A stretch of 64,000 nt of DNA from Octopus sinensis. Its lineage: Eukaryota. The notes under the pieces were generated by a model. That model worked only from the letters and a program-made list of their open reading frames with translations. It had not been told where the DNA came from and ran no database searches. Made by a program: the position numbers and the translations under genes. Location: contig NC_043000.1 of NCBI RefSeq assembly GCF_006345805.1, positions 143,096,001-143,160,000 on the forward strand, in the 5' to 3' direction. Below, piece after piece: positions 26,220 to 40,095 of the stretch. Within the stretch, counting starts at the first letter, position 1, and each line of letters opens with the position of its first letter.

Positions 26220-26760
26220 GTGAATTTTGAATGCACCTTAGGCAAGTGTCTTCTGCTATAGCCTAGGGCTAACCAAAACCTTGTGGGCGGAATTTGGTAA
26301 AGGAAACTGAAAGAAGCCCATTGTGGGTATATATATCATAATCATCACCATTATCATCATCATTCAGCGTGCATTGTCCATGCTGGTTTGATTTGGCATG
26401 GTTTCTATGGCTGTATGCTAATCACTCTGAGAGTGTAATGGGTGCTTTTACATGCTACCAGCACAGGTGCCTTGTGAGTGGATTTGGTAGATGGAAACTG
26501 AAGGAACCCTGTAGTGTATATGTATATATATGCGTATGTGTGTGTATATGTTTGTATGTCTGTATTTGTACCCCTAACATCGCTCGACAACCAATGGTGG
26601 TGTGTTTATGTCCCCATAACTTAGCGGTTCGGCAAAAGAGACCGATAGAATAACTATTAGGCTAACAAAGAATAAGTCCTGGGGTCGATTTGCTCGACTA
26701 AAGACGGTGCTCCAGCATGGCCGAAGTCAAATGACTGAAACAAGTAAAAGAATAAAAGAG
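26220..26760 (+). mobile_element. SINE A split by a degenerate reverse SINE C (26340-26470)
   Basis: Segment CCTTGTG.G.GGA.TTGGTA...GGAAACTGAA occurs on both sides of the insert. Confidence 0.7.
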
Positions 26761-27044
26761 ATTAAATAGTATATATTCCCCACCAGGATGGGAAGCCGGT
26801 CTGTCACAGAATTACTCAGGTTTGCCTGCTGAGCAGATTGGAGCAATGTGAAATGAAGTGTTTTGCTCAAGAACATAACATGTTACCTGATCCAGAAATC
26901 GGAACTACTATCTTACAATCATGAGTCCAACTCCCTAAACACTAAGCCAGAAATCTCCACACCCTTCATAAAGGTAAATTGTAAACATCCTTTATATCAT
27001 AAACACATTATTTCTCTATACTATACATAATTTTTTATCACTTT

Positions 27045-27198
27045 CTATACTATACTATACTATACTATTCTATACTATACTATACTATACTATACTATAC
27101 TATACTATACTATACTATACTATACTATACTATCTATACTATACTATTCTATACTATACTATACTATACTATACTGTTCTATACTATACTATACTATA
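27045..27198. repeat. (CTATA)n pentanucleotide array
   Basis: About 30 units with TATTC variants. Confidence 0.95.
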
Positions 27199-27487
27199 CA
27201 TAAATGTTTATCACTTTCAGTACCCATCTCTTGGTATCAAGCATCAGCAAATTTTACATGCATATTTTCTACAATCTCTCTTCCACATGGAGACAGAAAG
27301 TATTTGATTTTAACAGTGCCTGGAACTCTACCAAGCAATCCTTATTCTACTTATTATGATTTGCTTACAGCTTATGTAACAGAATTTCAAAAATAGCTAC
27401 AATCAAAATTAATATTGATTGACTTGACAAAGAGTATTTTCAAAAAATTTATTTGGTAAAAATTATATAACCTGGGGCATTGCTTTG

Positions 27488-27518
<31 letters not shown>

Positions 27519-29702
27519 ATATACATATACAAGTTTTCTTTTCTTCTCTAAGAAATTTAAGCTGATTAGTTGGTTTGCCCATTTAACATATAAAATATTA
27601 TATTAAAATTCTATTCTAAAGATGATATCAGAAGGAAAGATCTTTTGCAAGCATGACATATTTTCAAAATATGGTTGATACAGTAAAACATCAAAACAAA
27701 AAAAAGTAAAAATGTCTTAATTCAATTTTAGTCTAATAAGCAGTGATATTTCAAAAATAGTTGATATGGGGTATTTGACTTGCTTTATAGTATTAAAATA
27801 TAAGTGTCTGAGTTCAATGCAATTTTTGCTGTTCTATAGAATTTGTTAAAGAAACACATGGGTCAAATCCAGGTCTTATCCCGCATGATTGGCAAATATT
27901 AAGTGGTTTGCTTTACCTAGTTTTGTGGACACATGCCATATATGGAAATTTTATTAGTTATTGACTGGTATCCTGGTGATGATTTGTAACTTATTTCATT
28001 ACTCTTGAATTTGGAAACAAGCACTGGCTTTATGAGAGTCTTCTTTTTTAGTTTATCTTTTACTAGTTTTAGACTTTAAACTACTGCCACACTTAAGTAA
28101 CACCACAGAGAATTTCAGTCAAAGAAATCAAACCTAGTATTTAGTCTATCTGTCTCTCTTGCTGAAATACTAAGTCATGGAAACATAAACACATCAACAC
28201 TGATTGTCAAGCAGTGATGGAGGACAAACACACAAACACACAACAGGCTTCTTTCAGTTTCCATCTACCAAATCTACTCACAAGTCGTTTGCTGGTCTGA
28301 GGCTACAATAGAAGACACTTGCCTAAAATATCAGACATTGGGAGTGAACCAAGAACCATGCAGCTGAGATGCACACTTCTCACCACACAGCTGTACCTGA
28401 ATCTGAGTGTTTTATAGTAAGTGGGCCAGCTCTGTTATTATTTCTTCATTTAGTAAACCTATGATCAAAGGCACTCCAAATACTGAAAAATCAGTCTTTT
28501 TTACAATATCTATATATCTAGGATTTTATCATTTGTGTTCCACCTTGGTTTAGAGTGGATGTTAGGGAGATTTGGCTGCTAATTTTAGCAAATCAAGTGA
28601 CCACATACAAGATCATTTGTTGACTCATGTAGCAGCTGCTCATTTTTACTTATGTAGATCAAAGTAAGTAGAACAGTGAAAACAAATGGAGATTATAAAG
28701 TTGCAGTAAAAATATGTAAGCATCTTTCAAGCTTTACAGATGTTAAAGATTAGTTCTCATAGGATATCAAATACTTGTTATTTGTAGGATATCAAATACT
28801 TATTATTTGTAGGATATCAAATACTTATTAAACCGTGTTTTAGATGACATTACCAGGTATTCATGTTTCTATTCCTCATAATTAAGTGGGCTGATGTTAA
28901 TAAAATTAGTTACACTGACCATTTATACAACAAAGCACTTCCTGTACTGTAGACTTGAACGCAAGTCCTCTGAGTAGGTAATTCAATATCACTGAGCAAT
29001 TACACACTCGGTACACATGTAGTATTTGTTGCTAGTTCAGATTCACCACCAGACTATCTGTTACATGTCCTTTGGCTTTTACTCATTATAATTTCATTTC
29101 TATTTAGGAAGGAAGGGCAGTGACAAAGCAATAAACTAAGTAAGATATAGATTTTCGTCTATGGAATCATTTAACTGTTTTTGACAGCCATTAATAAAAC
29201 AGGTATCAGGAATTTGTTATGATTGATTTTTTTTTTTTTTCCTTCTCTGCATCAAGTTCTGTTTTCTCTTAAATCATGTATCACTGCATGTCTTCTCATT
29301 TGCCATTATTCAACTCAGAATGCTTCCTTTCTTTCTTCTTACTTTCTTTGTCTTCCCTACTTTCTCTTTCATTAGTATCCATCTCTCTCTCTTTGCATTT
29401 GTTAAATGTAGTCTTCCCCAGGATAGTGAAAGGTTCTTAAGCATTTTCCATTAGTAAACTCTCTCTTTTCCACTCTCTCTCCCTCTCTCTTTAACAATAT
29501 ATCTACATGTAAACAAAATAAAATGTATATATTAGGGAGTCCCTAATTGCGCAGTGAAGGCAGTGGTGATGGTGGTGAGGAATGTATGACTTCTGACAGA
29601 ATTTTGAACATATTTGTATTTATGTATGTGAGTATTTACAATGTAGAGTCAAAAACTGTTTAGATGTTCAGTTTCATTTGGTGCTTCTGTTAACAGTGAT
29701 CT

Positions 29703-30087
29703 GGAGGCGCAATGGCCCAGTGGTTAGGGCAGTGGACTCGCAGTCATCGGATCGCGGTTTCGATTCCCAGACCGGGCGTTGTGAGTGTTTATTGAGCGAA
29801 AATACCTAAAAGCTCCACGAGGCTCCGGCAGGGGATGGTGGTGATCCCTGCTGTACTCTTTCACCACAACTTTCTCTCACTCTTACTTCCTGTTTCTGTT
29901 GTACCTGTATTTCAAAGGGCCAGCCTTGTCACTCTCTGTGTCACGCTGAATATCCCCGAGAACTACGTTAAGGGTACACGTGTCTGTGGAGTGCTCAGCC
30001 ACTTACACGTTACTTTCACGAGCAGGCTGTTCCGTTGATTCGGATCAACCAGAACACTCGTCGTCGTAACCGACGGAGTGCTTCCAC
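29703..30087 (+). mobile_element. SINE family D (tRNA-derived), young copy with TSD
   Basis: A box TGGCCCAGTGG, B box GGTTTCGATTCC; perfect 12-bp TSD TAACAGTGATCT at 29691 and 30088. Confidence 0.9.
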
Positions 30088-30599
30088 TAACAGTGATCTT
30101 GAGTTTGTTAATCTGAATTTAACAGAATTCCTTGCACCAATCTGTGGGTGAGTTTATTGGAAGCGAAGCACTCTTTTAATGTTAGGTCTGGTTGTAAATA
30201 TTAGTCTACTTGATTTTGTCAAGAATGACTGCAGTTTCTGTTTGCTATATATACCACCTCTGGCACGATACATGGAAATGATTCACTTTATGATGATATG
30301 ACAGGTTTCTGAAATGATGAATAACTTTGATGAAAACTTTCATTTCATATTCATTATCTATTTGATAAGTTCATTCATTATATGAACACCACATCTAAGT
30401 TATTTTATTAATAGAACCACTTCAAGTATATTTCAAGTGAAAATGTAAAATATTCATCCTTTCATTCTTTCTGACCATCATTCCTTCTTTACATCAGTCT
30501 CTCTCTTTCATATCAACACTTACACAGAGACACACCCTTCCTCTTCTTTCTCATAGATATACATATACACATACAATCTCCTTAAAATTTTTTTCTTCT

Positions 30600-30828
30600 C
30601 TATTTCTATAGTTTTCAGATCAGTGTTGTCCACTTTCGCAGGCCCAATATTTGTTGATTTTTCATGTCACAGTTCATCAGTTTACAATGCTTCTTCTTCA
30701 GTGTGTTTATGGAACATCAAACTGCTGTCATCAATGATGACAGCTACAATTTTTCCCTTTCTGTGGACCTGTTCCAGGAAATCACTTAAGACTTCTAAAC
30801 ATTTAGACTGGGTGTCATATAGATGAAA
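30600..30828 (-). pseudogene. Coding-like island of unknown origin with in-frame stops
   Basis: FHLYDTQSKCLEVLSDFLEQVHRKGKIVAVIIDDSSLMFHKHTEEEAL*TDEL*HEKSTNIGPAKVDNTDLK; a + strand reading (strong acceptor at 30618, 68-aa Ser-rich frame) is also possible. Confidence 0.25.
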
Positions 30829-31431
30829 CTAGCCATTCAACAACATACAAAGCAACCTACCACCCCAACCCCATGGGAAAGCTTCTCTCCTTTCAGTTAC
30901 CAAATCTCACCATCTCCTACCTAACTTAAATTAAACTGATTACTAGATGTAACAGTTTTAAAGAATATTCTAATTTGATGATGTTCACCAACAAAGTTAC
31001 TTGAATGTTAAGACAGTTACAATAAAATTATTTGCATCGATGTAGTTATACTATTTGCAATATTAAAGTGGAAGATCATGTTAGTGAGAGAAACCTGTCA
31101 AATCTCTCTGTATGTCTGACTACTTAACACAGGAACAGACACACACTCATATACATGCATACATGAATATACACACGCACACACACACATGAACACATAT
31201 GAATGCAGATACAGCTACACAGACAAACACCCACATTAAAAGTAAATATGAGTGGCTTTGTCCATCTTAGTAAGTCACTAGAAACTAAGATAGAGAGGGG
31301 GCCATGGAAGTGAAATGAGATAAACTAGCTATCACATCAATGGCAGTGTACCAAGATGGCCATAGCCACCAGCTAAAATAAAACAAGTAAAAGTGAAACT
31401 ATATATATACATATACATACATATATATATG

Positions 31432-31484
<53 letters not shown>

Positions 31485-32130
31485 ATGTATATATGTATGT
31501 TTTCCACCTGCTTCGTCTTTTGTTTATTTCATAAAGCTTCCCGTATATATATATATATATTATATACACATATTATACACCCACACATAAATGCATTTTT
31601 AAAAGTATAGGTAGATATATTTCGTTCACATATACATGTACCAATATCTCTGGCAATAAAGATGATTATAAATATATAAATAAATATATATAAATATATA
31701 TATGTATATACAGATTAATACATATATATTGAATACATAAGTACAAATATATATATATACATGGAAGACAGACATTAAACAAATTTGATGATGATACACA
31801 TACATACATGTTCAAGTTACACATATATTTCACAATTTACGTGGATAAAAGCATTTACATAAATATGCGTATTTATATATTCACACACACACATCTATAA
31901 ATGTGAGTGTGATTTGTATATTCATTTGTGAATAAGTGTGTATATATTGGAGTGTAAAACGAACGTTGGTTGAATACTATATTGCAGTGCAATCATCTTT
32001 ATCAGCAATGTCTTTCCTTCAAAGTTAAGAGAAATAATTTGGTCAAATGATAGTATCCATGTGATAACAGAGTTTGATGGAAGTCGAATGTTGGCACTTT
32101 GAATTGCATTGACAATATTATTAAACTTAC

Positions 32131-32252
32131 GGTTTATTTGGAAATCCTAATAACTGTTTCATATTTTCATTCTCTGAATATAAGACTTCTTGAATGCTCT
32201 CTACAAGGCAGCAGTGTATTGAAGTTGAGCACTGCAATATCTTTTTGAAGTA
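32131..32252 (-). CDS. Candidate exon (YFKKILQCSTSIHCCLVESIQEVLYSENENMKQLLGFPNK)
   Basis: (GT)n-tttcag acceptor, ACC|gtaagt donor, 122 nt, one frame fully open. Confidence 0.3.
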
Positions 32253-32257
32253 CTGAA

Positions 32258-32288
<31 letters not shown>

Positions 32289-33081
32289 CCACCCACACTC
32301 ACATGCAAACACACAATTTATATACACACATTACACTTGTGCATATACAGGGTATCCATAAATTATCATTGCAGCTTACACAATTTATTGTATCTATTTA
32401 TTGCATGCAAGCGCAATGGAATCCCCCCCCCCTCATGTGGGAACGGTCTCATATCTCTGATAAAACTTTTTTGCTTGCTTATGTTTTGCAATAATCTCTA
32501 CTGAGTTATCCTCATTTTTCATTTTTACTGAACTTTCCAGATTGTAAAAGTAATTTATGGACCACATGTATATTTTTATCCATCCATCCATCCTTCCATC
32601 CATTCATCCATCCATCCATCCATCCATCCATCCATCCACCAATCAATCAATCAATGTATGTATCTATTTATCTGTCAGTCTATCTATCTATCTATCTATC
32701 TATCTATATATATATATATATCAAATGGTCTAGTGGTTATGATGTTGCGATCTCATTACTACATCATGGGTTCGATTCCTGAACCAAGCAGATTGTTGGT
32801 AACAGAATTTTAACAGTAAGTTAAGAGATTGAATTTTATTAGTTAAAACTCTCCATTTTCTTCTTATAATATATTATATTGAAATATACCTGTATATATT
32901 GAAGTTTAATAATCATTAAACTCCATAATATACATAATTGGTGCTTATCTTAAACAATAAACACCAATATGTTTAAGTTATACTGGACTCTCAGACTTTA
33001 TTTAGACTTTTCATCGATATATAAGATTAAACCAGTGAAACTTGGATGCTGACATCCCTTTTAAGAGGTGCATTTGTATCC

Positions 33082-33116
<35 letters not shown>

Positions 33117-33653
33117 GCATGTGTGTGAGTTGTGTAAGAGACCATAAGCCAGGGAAAGGAGGCACTTGTATATCTGTCAGTAGAGTGGGTAAATTATCCG
33201 ATAAGTATGATATCAGATATCCACCATGGCTGATCTTACCTATAAGTTGCACGTAAAGAATACAATATATATATATATATATATAAACACACACATACAG
33301 AGAGAGAGGTAGAAATAGATGGATGGATGGATGGATGGATTTGATATACACTGATATGTACATTACTTTCATTCATGTTTCAATCATTGGACTGCAGCCA
33401 TGCTGGCATACTGTTTTTTTGGGGTTTGTTGAGCAAATTGATAGCAGGACTTATTTTAAGTTTGGTAGTTATTCTATAGTTCTCTTTGTGCCAAACTTCT
33501 ATGTTATCAGGATGTAAGCAAACAGTCATGGAAACCATGCCAACGCAGGCATTGGAGCATATTGTAGCCCTCTATCAGTTGATCAGATTCTGTCGAATTG
33601 TAAAACCTATGCTAGCATCGAAGCTAGACATTAAGGATGATGATGAGTAATGA

Positions 33654-33701
<48 letters not shown>

Positions 33702-34071
33702 CACACGCACATGCATATACAAAACATGCATTCAACTATGTAAATTTTGTTACCTTCCTTGTGAGCACAACAGGTCAAATATAGCCAAATATAACTTGCC
33801 ACAGGGTTGGGTGTTAGTCACTAAATATGCTACCCCTATTAAACCAGCTCACAGAGAACTATCATTTATTTGGTCATCATACATACTTCTTTTTAAGATG
33901 ATGATATTTTAGAATGTGATTTGAATGAGATTAGGTTACAATTTCTCTTATCGACCCAGAGTAGGGGTTCTCAACCGTTTTTCACCTATGAACCCCTTTG
34001 ATAAGTATTTCATTCTGGCGCTACCCTCACCCCTGCACACATAGCCATTTAACCACTATGCCATATGACCA

Positions 34072-34213
34072 TGGGCATATGGCGTAGTGGTTAAGAGCAT
34101 GTGCTGCTAACCCCAAGATTCCGAGTTCAATTCCAAACAGTGACCTGAACACTAACAACAATAACAATAATAATAATAATAGTAATAATGATAATAATAA
34201 TAACATCGAAAAA
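34072..34213 (+). mobile_element. Short tRNA-derived SINE with (AAT)n tail
   Basis: TGGCGTAGTGG A box, GAGTTCAATTCC B box, no intact acceptor stem. Confidence 0.7.
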
Positions 34214-34541
34214 TAGGAGCAACACTTTATTGATCAACTCAGAATGTATGAAAAGTCAAGAGTTAACCACATTGGTATTTGAACTTAAAGTGCAGGCATC
34301 GTAATCAAACACTGAAACCTATTCTGTCTGACACTATAACCGCTAAGCTAATTTGTATGTGACAGGAAATGGAATGGCCACGACTGGAATGCTTTAATCA
34401 TAGTTCTGCACTTAATTATTCTGGGTTTAATTAAGAGCAATACCACCACAACTATAACGACGGACAACTACTACCACCACCTTCAAATATGTGCTAACAA
34501 GGAAATTTGTATGTGATGATTCAAGCTGTTGTTTATATATG

Positions 34542-34574
<33 letters not shown>

Positions 34575-35023
34575 ATGTATAAATTAGAAGAATTTTCTTA
34601 ATGTTTATTCAGCTGCCTCCATGTTGGAACAATAACATCTTTGTCATCGTTATCATACTTGCACTGTATAACGAGCAGCATGATAATCATCATTGTAATA
34701 TTAACGACTAACACAACATCCACTCACAAAGGCAATACAAGCAGTTCTGAATCACTGAATGACCTCAGAGAGCTGTAATATATGACCAGAGAGAACGTTT
34801 TACAAATGCACACTGTGTTATAGCAGTAGCAAATTTCCTATATATACAATTTATAAATTTTCAATTGCTGTAATTATTACAGCTTTAGGGAAAGAAAAAT
34901 ATCTGTATTTTCATACCTCTAGCTCCATTCATTACTGCTACTCATACTCTTTTATAGTTATTCTCTATCCTTCACTTGTTCCTTTTCACTCTCTTTCTTT
35001 TTCACACATTGAAGCATACATAC

Positions 35024-35076
<53 letters not shown>

Positions 35077-35407
35077 TAGATACAGTAACTATGCACTGAG
35101 ATAAAAATATATTTTAATATCTATACACATAAATACAAAAACAAGCATGCACATTAAAAAACGTTGACATATTTTCAGCTCAAAACCAGAAGTGACATTC
35201 TCTCAAATTTAATAATAAAAAGTAAAAAAATAACATGCGTTTTCACTTGAAATATTTCACATCTGAGAATTTATGAAAGCAAAAATTTGTCTCTATAAGT
35301 ATTTTAAAAATATTTATAAGAAATATCTATAACTATATATGTCAGTATATATGTGTGAGTGAATTGGTAGATGGAAATTGAAAGGGGCTTGTTGTATATA
35401 TATATAT

Positions 35408-35789
35408 ACTAGCAGTATCACCCGGCGTTGCTCGTGTTTGTTTCGACCCTTTAGAATTGGAATTTTTGAAAAATAGAAATTTTGCCTTATGTAGCATGTT
35501 ATTCTCTTTAAGTGAACATTTTTCTGGTTGAAATACACTAAAAAATGGTGTCACAGCAGTCAAAAAATCGTAAAAGATAGGGATTTTCATGGAAAAAAGC
35601 ACCCTTTTTCATGTAAATAATTTTTGGTTTTAACATGGTCCGATTTGAATTTTATCTCCTACAGAATGAAGAGCAAGCCTTCTTCTATCATACTCTCAAT
35701 TTTGGTCAACTTGCGCTGCAGGGTCTCGTAGGAGATAGTGTTAGTTGAAGACTACCAAACCTGCCATACACAGACAACTTCAGCTTTAT
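35408..35789 (-). mobile_element. Non-autonomous Helitron
   Basis: Minus strand ends with a GC-rich hairpin (CACGAGCAACGCCGGGTG), 6 nt, then CTAG-T, the canonical Helitron 3' end; inserted in a TA run. Confidence 0.75.
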
Positions 35790-36078
35790 TCAACAATGTG
35801 TGTTACTGGTTCTTTGGCTTAGCATGGCATGATAGTTGTTAGTGTCACCATTATGCAGGTGGATCCATTCATTTTCAGCATTCTGTGGAAATGTTTCTGG
35901 GCATAAGGAAATATTACCTTACTTGGAAACAGGTGAGGGTAGTCAATAAGAAGGCATCGAACCATAGAAAATCCACTTCAATGAATTCTGTTGGACCCAA
36001 GTGAACATGGAAAGGTGGACATTAAAATAATGACAATGATGATATACATGTAGGATATCTTTGTCAAATTAAACCACA

Positions 36079-36307
36079 TTAACCCTTTCATTATCAACCC
36101 GGCTGAAACCGGCTCTGCCTCTGTAGTACAAATGTCTTGTTTTCATAAGTTCTGAATAAAAATCTTCCACCAAACCTTAGTCACAATTTACATTCCTAAC
36201 ACTAGTTGAATGATAACTAAGTTATTTTACTAAATTCTTTTTTATATTTAAAGTAATTGAAAGAAATACAGAGCATCTCAAAATAAATACAGTAACGAAA
36301 GGGTTAA
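36079..36307 (-). mobile_element. piggyBac-type MITE family P1
   Basis: TTAA-CCCTTTC...GAAAGGG-TTAA; reverse of 12965. Confidence 0.88.
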
Positions 36308-36831
36308 GCTGGATATCAGATAATAGATATCATGTGAACTGGATGAAACTCAGGTTCAGAAAATGACTGATAGTTTTGACATCTGTGACCATCTTTGAAT
36401 ATTAGTGTTATAAGGCTGTGTAACCCGACTGTGCTATTCGAGTGTTTCACACCCACCAAAGATGGTAGATTCATCAGAAATATTATCAGCCAATAATCAA
36501 ATCCTTGATCATTATGGGAAATAAATGTTTCTGTCCTTTATGAAACATTGCAAAACTTTTTTTTTGTGTGTGTGTGAACTTGCCTTCAACTCCCCACAGT
36601 AAATTCTATTACGATATGACTCTGGATGTGTGAGAAAAATAAAAAATAAGGACTGAAGGTGAAGAACATTCCTTTTGCATACACCCTATATTTCATTTAT
36701 TTTTACATCTCATTCAGAAATACATCCACTCTTTTTAATTCTCATTTACTAAATAGATTTTAATGTTCTACTATAAGAATTTATTCGCCCCTTCTCTCCC
36801 TGCTTCTCACTGTCTAAATTCTGCCCCCACC

Positions 36832-37020
36832 CCGTGCCAGTGGCACGCAAAAATCACCCACTACACTCTTGGAGCGGTTGGTCTTAGGAAGGGCATCCAG
36901 CTGTAGAAACTCTGCCAAATCAAGATTGGAGTTGGTGCAGCCATCTGGTTTGCCAGCCCTCAGTCAAAATCGTCCAACCCATGCTAGCATGGAAAGCGGA
37001 CATTAAACGATGATGATGAG
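36832..37020 (+). mobile_element. SINE family C
   Basis: Family C body with (GAT)n tail. Confidence 0.85.
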
Positions 37021-37394
37021 GTACATATGACTTACTCTATCTTCTTTTTTTCTTACCTTCTTCTAATTAACACTATTTTCATGGTAAGAGGTTCTGTAGA
37101 AATTCGTTGAGAATTTTTTAAGTGAATCAGGTTTTCTTCATAATAATCTGTTTTTGTAGTATCATGTTATAATCTAATTTGTTTTCAAATCTGCTAATGT
37201 CCATTCAGAAGAAAACAAGATTAAGTCATATCACACTAGCCAAAAGTTTGTATGTTTCTTTTTGAGATGTATATACTATGCCAAACTAATAGGTTCAATA
37301 GAGTATCAGAGAAGACCGTGAAAATAACTACCATACTAAACACAGTTCAATTTGATTTACTCTCAATTTTCATTAATATTGCTGTGATTAGGCA

Positions 37395-38085
37395 ATTATG
37401 TGTTCGCTTCAAAGGTGAGTAATATTCTGAGGAAACCTATGATCCTATTTGTGAACCAAAAACTAGAACTTACAAGGTAGTTGGTAACTGGTGCTTCAGT
37501 GGTAACAGTTTGTGAAGAGTACTGTGCTGAAAAAGTAAGTTTCAAACATACACGAGGATAATGAAAACTCAATTGCGTTTTCATAGACATAAAATGTTGA
37601 TGTAAATAGTAGATTATCTATTGGTGCAAGGAAGTGTGTGAGATTTGCAAAAGATACAGATCTTGAAGAGGTTGTGGAGAAGTGAATTATCCATCAATCA
37701 TCGTACGGTAAGAAAATCAGTTGTGCAGAAATACAAAATGCTGCTGCTGCCAAGCTAGCTAAGCATAAGGGTATCAAGAATTTTGAAGCTAGTATTAGGT
37801 TGCTATGGTGATATAGAAATCATTATGGAATGGATAATAAAATTACCCATGGTGAAACAGGGATCATACCAACCGAGGAAATCAAACCATTCAGGAAGAA
37901 GTTAAATGACTAAATTAAATGTGAAAAGCTCCTAATTTCCCAAGTGCATAATGGTGATGAAACTGGATTGTATTGGTATGCAACTACCCTGGAATACCCA
38001 AACTGTTAAGAGAGAAGCCATCATACCTGATCATAAATAAAGGAACATATGTCGCTGTTGTGTTGCATGAATGCACTTGTTAAAT
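37395..38085 (+). mobile_element. pogo/Tigger (CENP-B-like) transposase fossil
   Basis: QKLELTR*LVTGASVVTVCEEY (psq HTH), RKCVRFAKDTDLEEVVEK...ISCAEIQNAA...GIKNFEAS (CENP-B HTH), VHNGDETGLYW and MSLLCCMNA (DDE_1); stops and frameshifts; cut off by SINE A. Confidence 0.88.
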
Positions 38086-38103
38086 TTAGTGAGTAGGTAC
38101 GCA

Positions 38104-38514
38104 CTCTCTTTTACTCTTTTACTTGTTTCAGTCATTTGAGTGTGGCCATGCTGGAGCACCGCCTTTTTTTAGTCGAGCAAATCGACCCCGGGACTTATTC
38201 TTTTGTAAGCCCAGTACTTATTCTATCGATCTCTTTTGCCGAACCGCTAAGTGACGGGGATGTAAACACACCAGCATCGGTTGTCAAGCAATGCTAGGGG
38301 GACAAACACAGACACACAAACACACACACATACATATATATATACATATATATACGACACGCTTCTTTCAGTTTCCATCTACCAAATCCACTCACAAGGT
38401 ATTGGTCGGCATGGGGCTATAGCAAAAGACACTTGCCCAAGATGCCATGCAGTGGGACTGAACCCAGAACCCTGTGGTTGGTAAGCAAGCTACTTACCAC
38501 ACAGCCACTCCTGC
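38104..38514 (-). mobile_element. SINE family A
   Basis: Full-length. Confidence 0.92.
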
Positions 38515-38680
38515 ACATTTGCAAATTTTGAAAGACATAATGCCTCAGCTACCAGTATATTATTACAGTTGCAAAAAAGATAAGGTTCAACATGCATATT
38601 TTCAACAAATGATTTTTTTCATTTCACTCACGAAATATGTAAATACCAGGATGTCCATAAACTTTCTAAGGATCCTCTAT

Positions 38681-39096
38681 AGGCGCAGGAGTAGCTGTGT
38701 AGTAAGTAGCTTGCTAACTAACCACATGGTTCCGGGTTCAGTCCCACTGCGTGGCATCTTGGGCAAGTGTCTTCTGCTATAGCTCCGGGCCGACCAAGGC
38801 CTTGTGAGTGGATTTGGTAGACGGAAACTGAAAGAAGCCTGTCGTATATATGCATATATATATATGTATGTGTGTGTATGTTTGTGTGTCTGTGTTTGTC
38901 CCCCTAGCATTGCTTGACAACCAATGCTGGTGTGTTTACGTCCCCGTCACTTAGCGGTTCGGCAAAAGAGACCGATAGAATAAGTACTGGGCTTACAAAG
39001 AATAAGTCCTGGGGTCGATTTGCTCGACTAAAGGCGGTGCTCCAGCATGGCCGCAGTCAAATGACTGAAACAAGTAAAAGAGTAAAAGAGTAAAAG
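38681..39096 (+). mobile_element. SINE family A, near-consensus
   Basis: Full-length, (GAGTAAAA)n tail. Confidence 0.92.
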
Positions 39097-39587
39097 AATA
39101 AACCTGAGGATGGCTCAGCTTCTGGTTATCCCAACCATTTCCATGTCACTAGAAGAAAAGCAATTCTGTGCACACATCCCTTAATGTAACTAATTATTAT
39201 GGAAAATAAAATGCTCTGCTATGATGGGAAGTAATGAAACATACACACTTGACTTGCTGGGAGTATGTAACTGTAAACCTGCATTGCAGTGGGCATGGGG
39301 TATTAGTTGCCTCTTTTCTTAACAATGGTGAAAGAGAAATTTTGCAGCATCCCCTCTTTCAGGAGGTTAAACTATGTACCTGTTAATCAAAGGAAACCTA
39401 GAAAAAGTGTTTTAAAGAAGTTTGCCTTATTCCAAAACTAACCAGCCACTATGTGACTGGTAGCTGTCATTATGAACCATGGTAACATCTAAGAAAAAAT
39501 TTACAACTTTTAAAGAATTGGTGATAAACGTCATTTGACTCCCACCACATATATTTGGTGTTAGAGGGTGTATGTGCAAATATGAAT

Positions 39588-39640
<53 letters not shown>

Positions 39641-39642
<2 letters not shown>

Positions 39643-40037
39643 CTCTTTTACTTGTTTCAGTCATTTGACTGCGGCCATGCTGGAGCACCGCCTTTAATCG
39701 AGCAACTCGACCCCGGGACTTATTCTTTTGTAAGCCCAGTACTTATTCTATCGGTCTCTTTTGCCGAACCGCTATGTGACGGGGACATAAACATACCAGC
39801 ATCGGTTGTCAAGCAATGCTAGTGGACAAACACAGACACACAAACACACACACGCATATATATATACATATATACAACGGGCTTCTTTCAGTTTCCGTCT
39901 AACAAATCCACTCACAAGGCTTTCGTCGGCCCGAGGCTATAGTAGAAGACACTTACCCAAGGTGCCACACAGTGGGACTGAACCCGGAACCATGCGGTTG
40001 GTAGACAAGCTACTTACCACACAGCCACTCCTGTGCC
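39641..40037 (-). mobile_element. SINE family A
   Basis: Full-length. Confidence 0.92.
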
Positions 40038-40095
40038 TATATATATATATATGTATATATATAAACAATAATAAATCACCGAGTGAAGTATATTG

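Noticed and set aside
28758-28830. 25-bp direct repeats (also 7266-7315, 62898-62945; 42-bp at 14245-14335) as a possible CRISPR-like array
   Set aside because: Head-to-tail with no spacers, 2-3 copies, eukaryotic context.
29703-29780. tRNA gene candidates (also 32720-32790, 34072-34140 and SINE heads)
   Set aside because: A and B boxes are present, but there is no complete cloverleaf and they continue into SINE bodies.
37474-37526. Minus-strand exon with perfect-looking splice sites
   Set aside because: It is the antisense of the pogo transposase HTH (LVTGASVVTVCEEY). This shows how easily false exons arise in this window.
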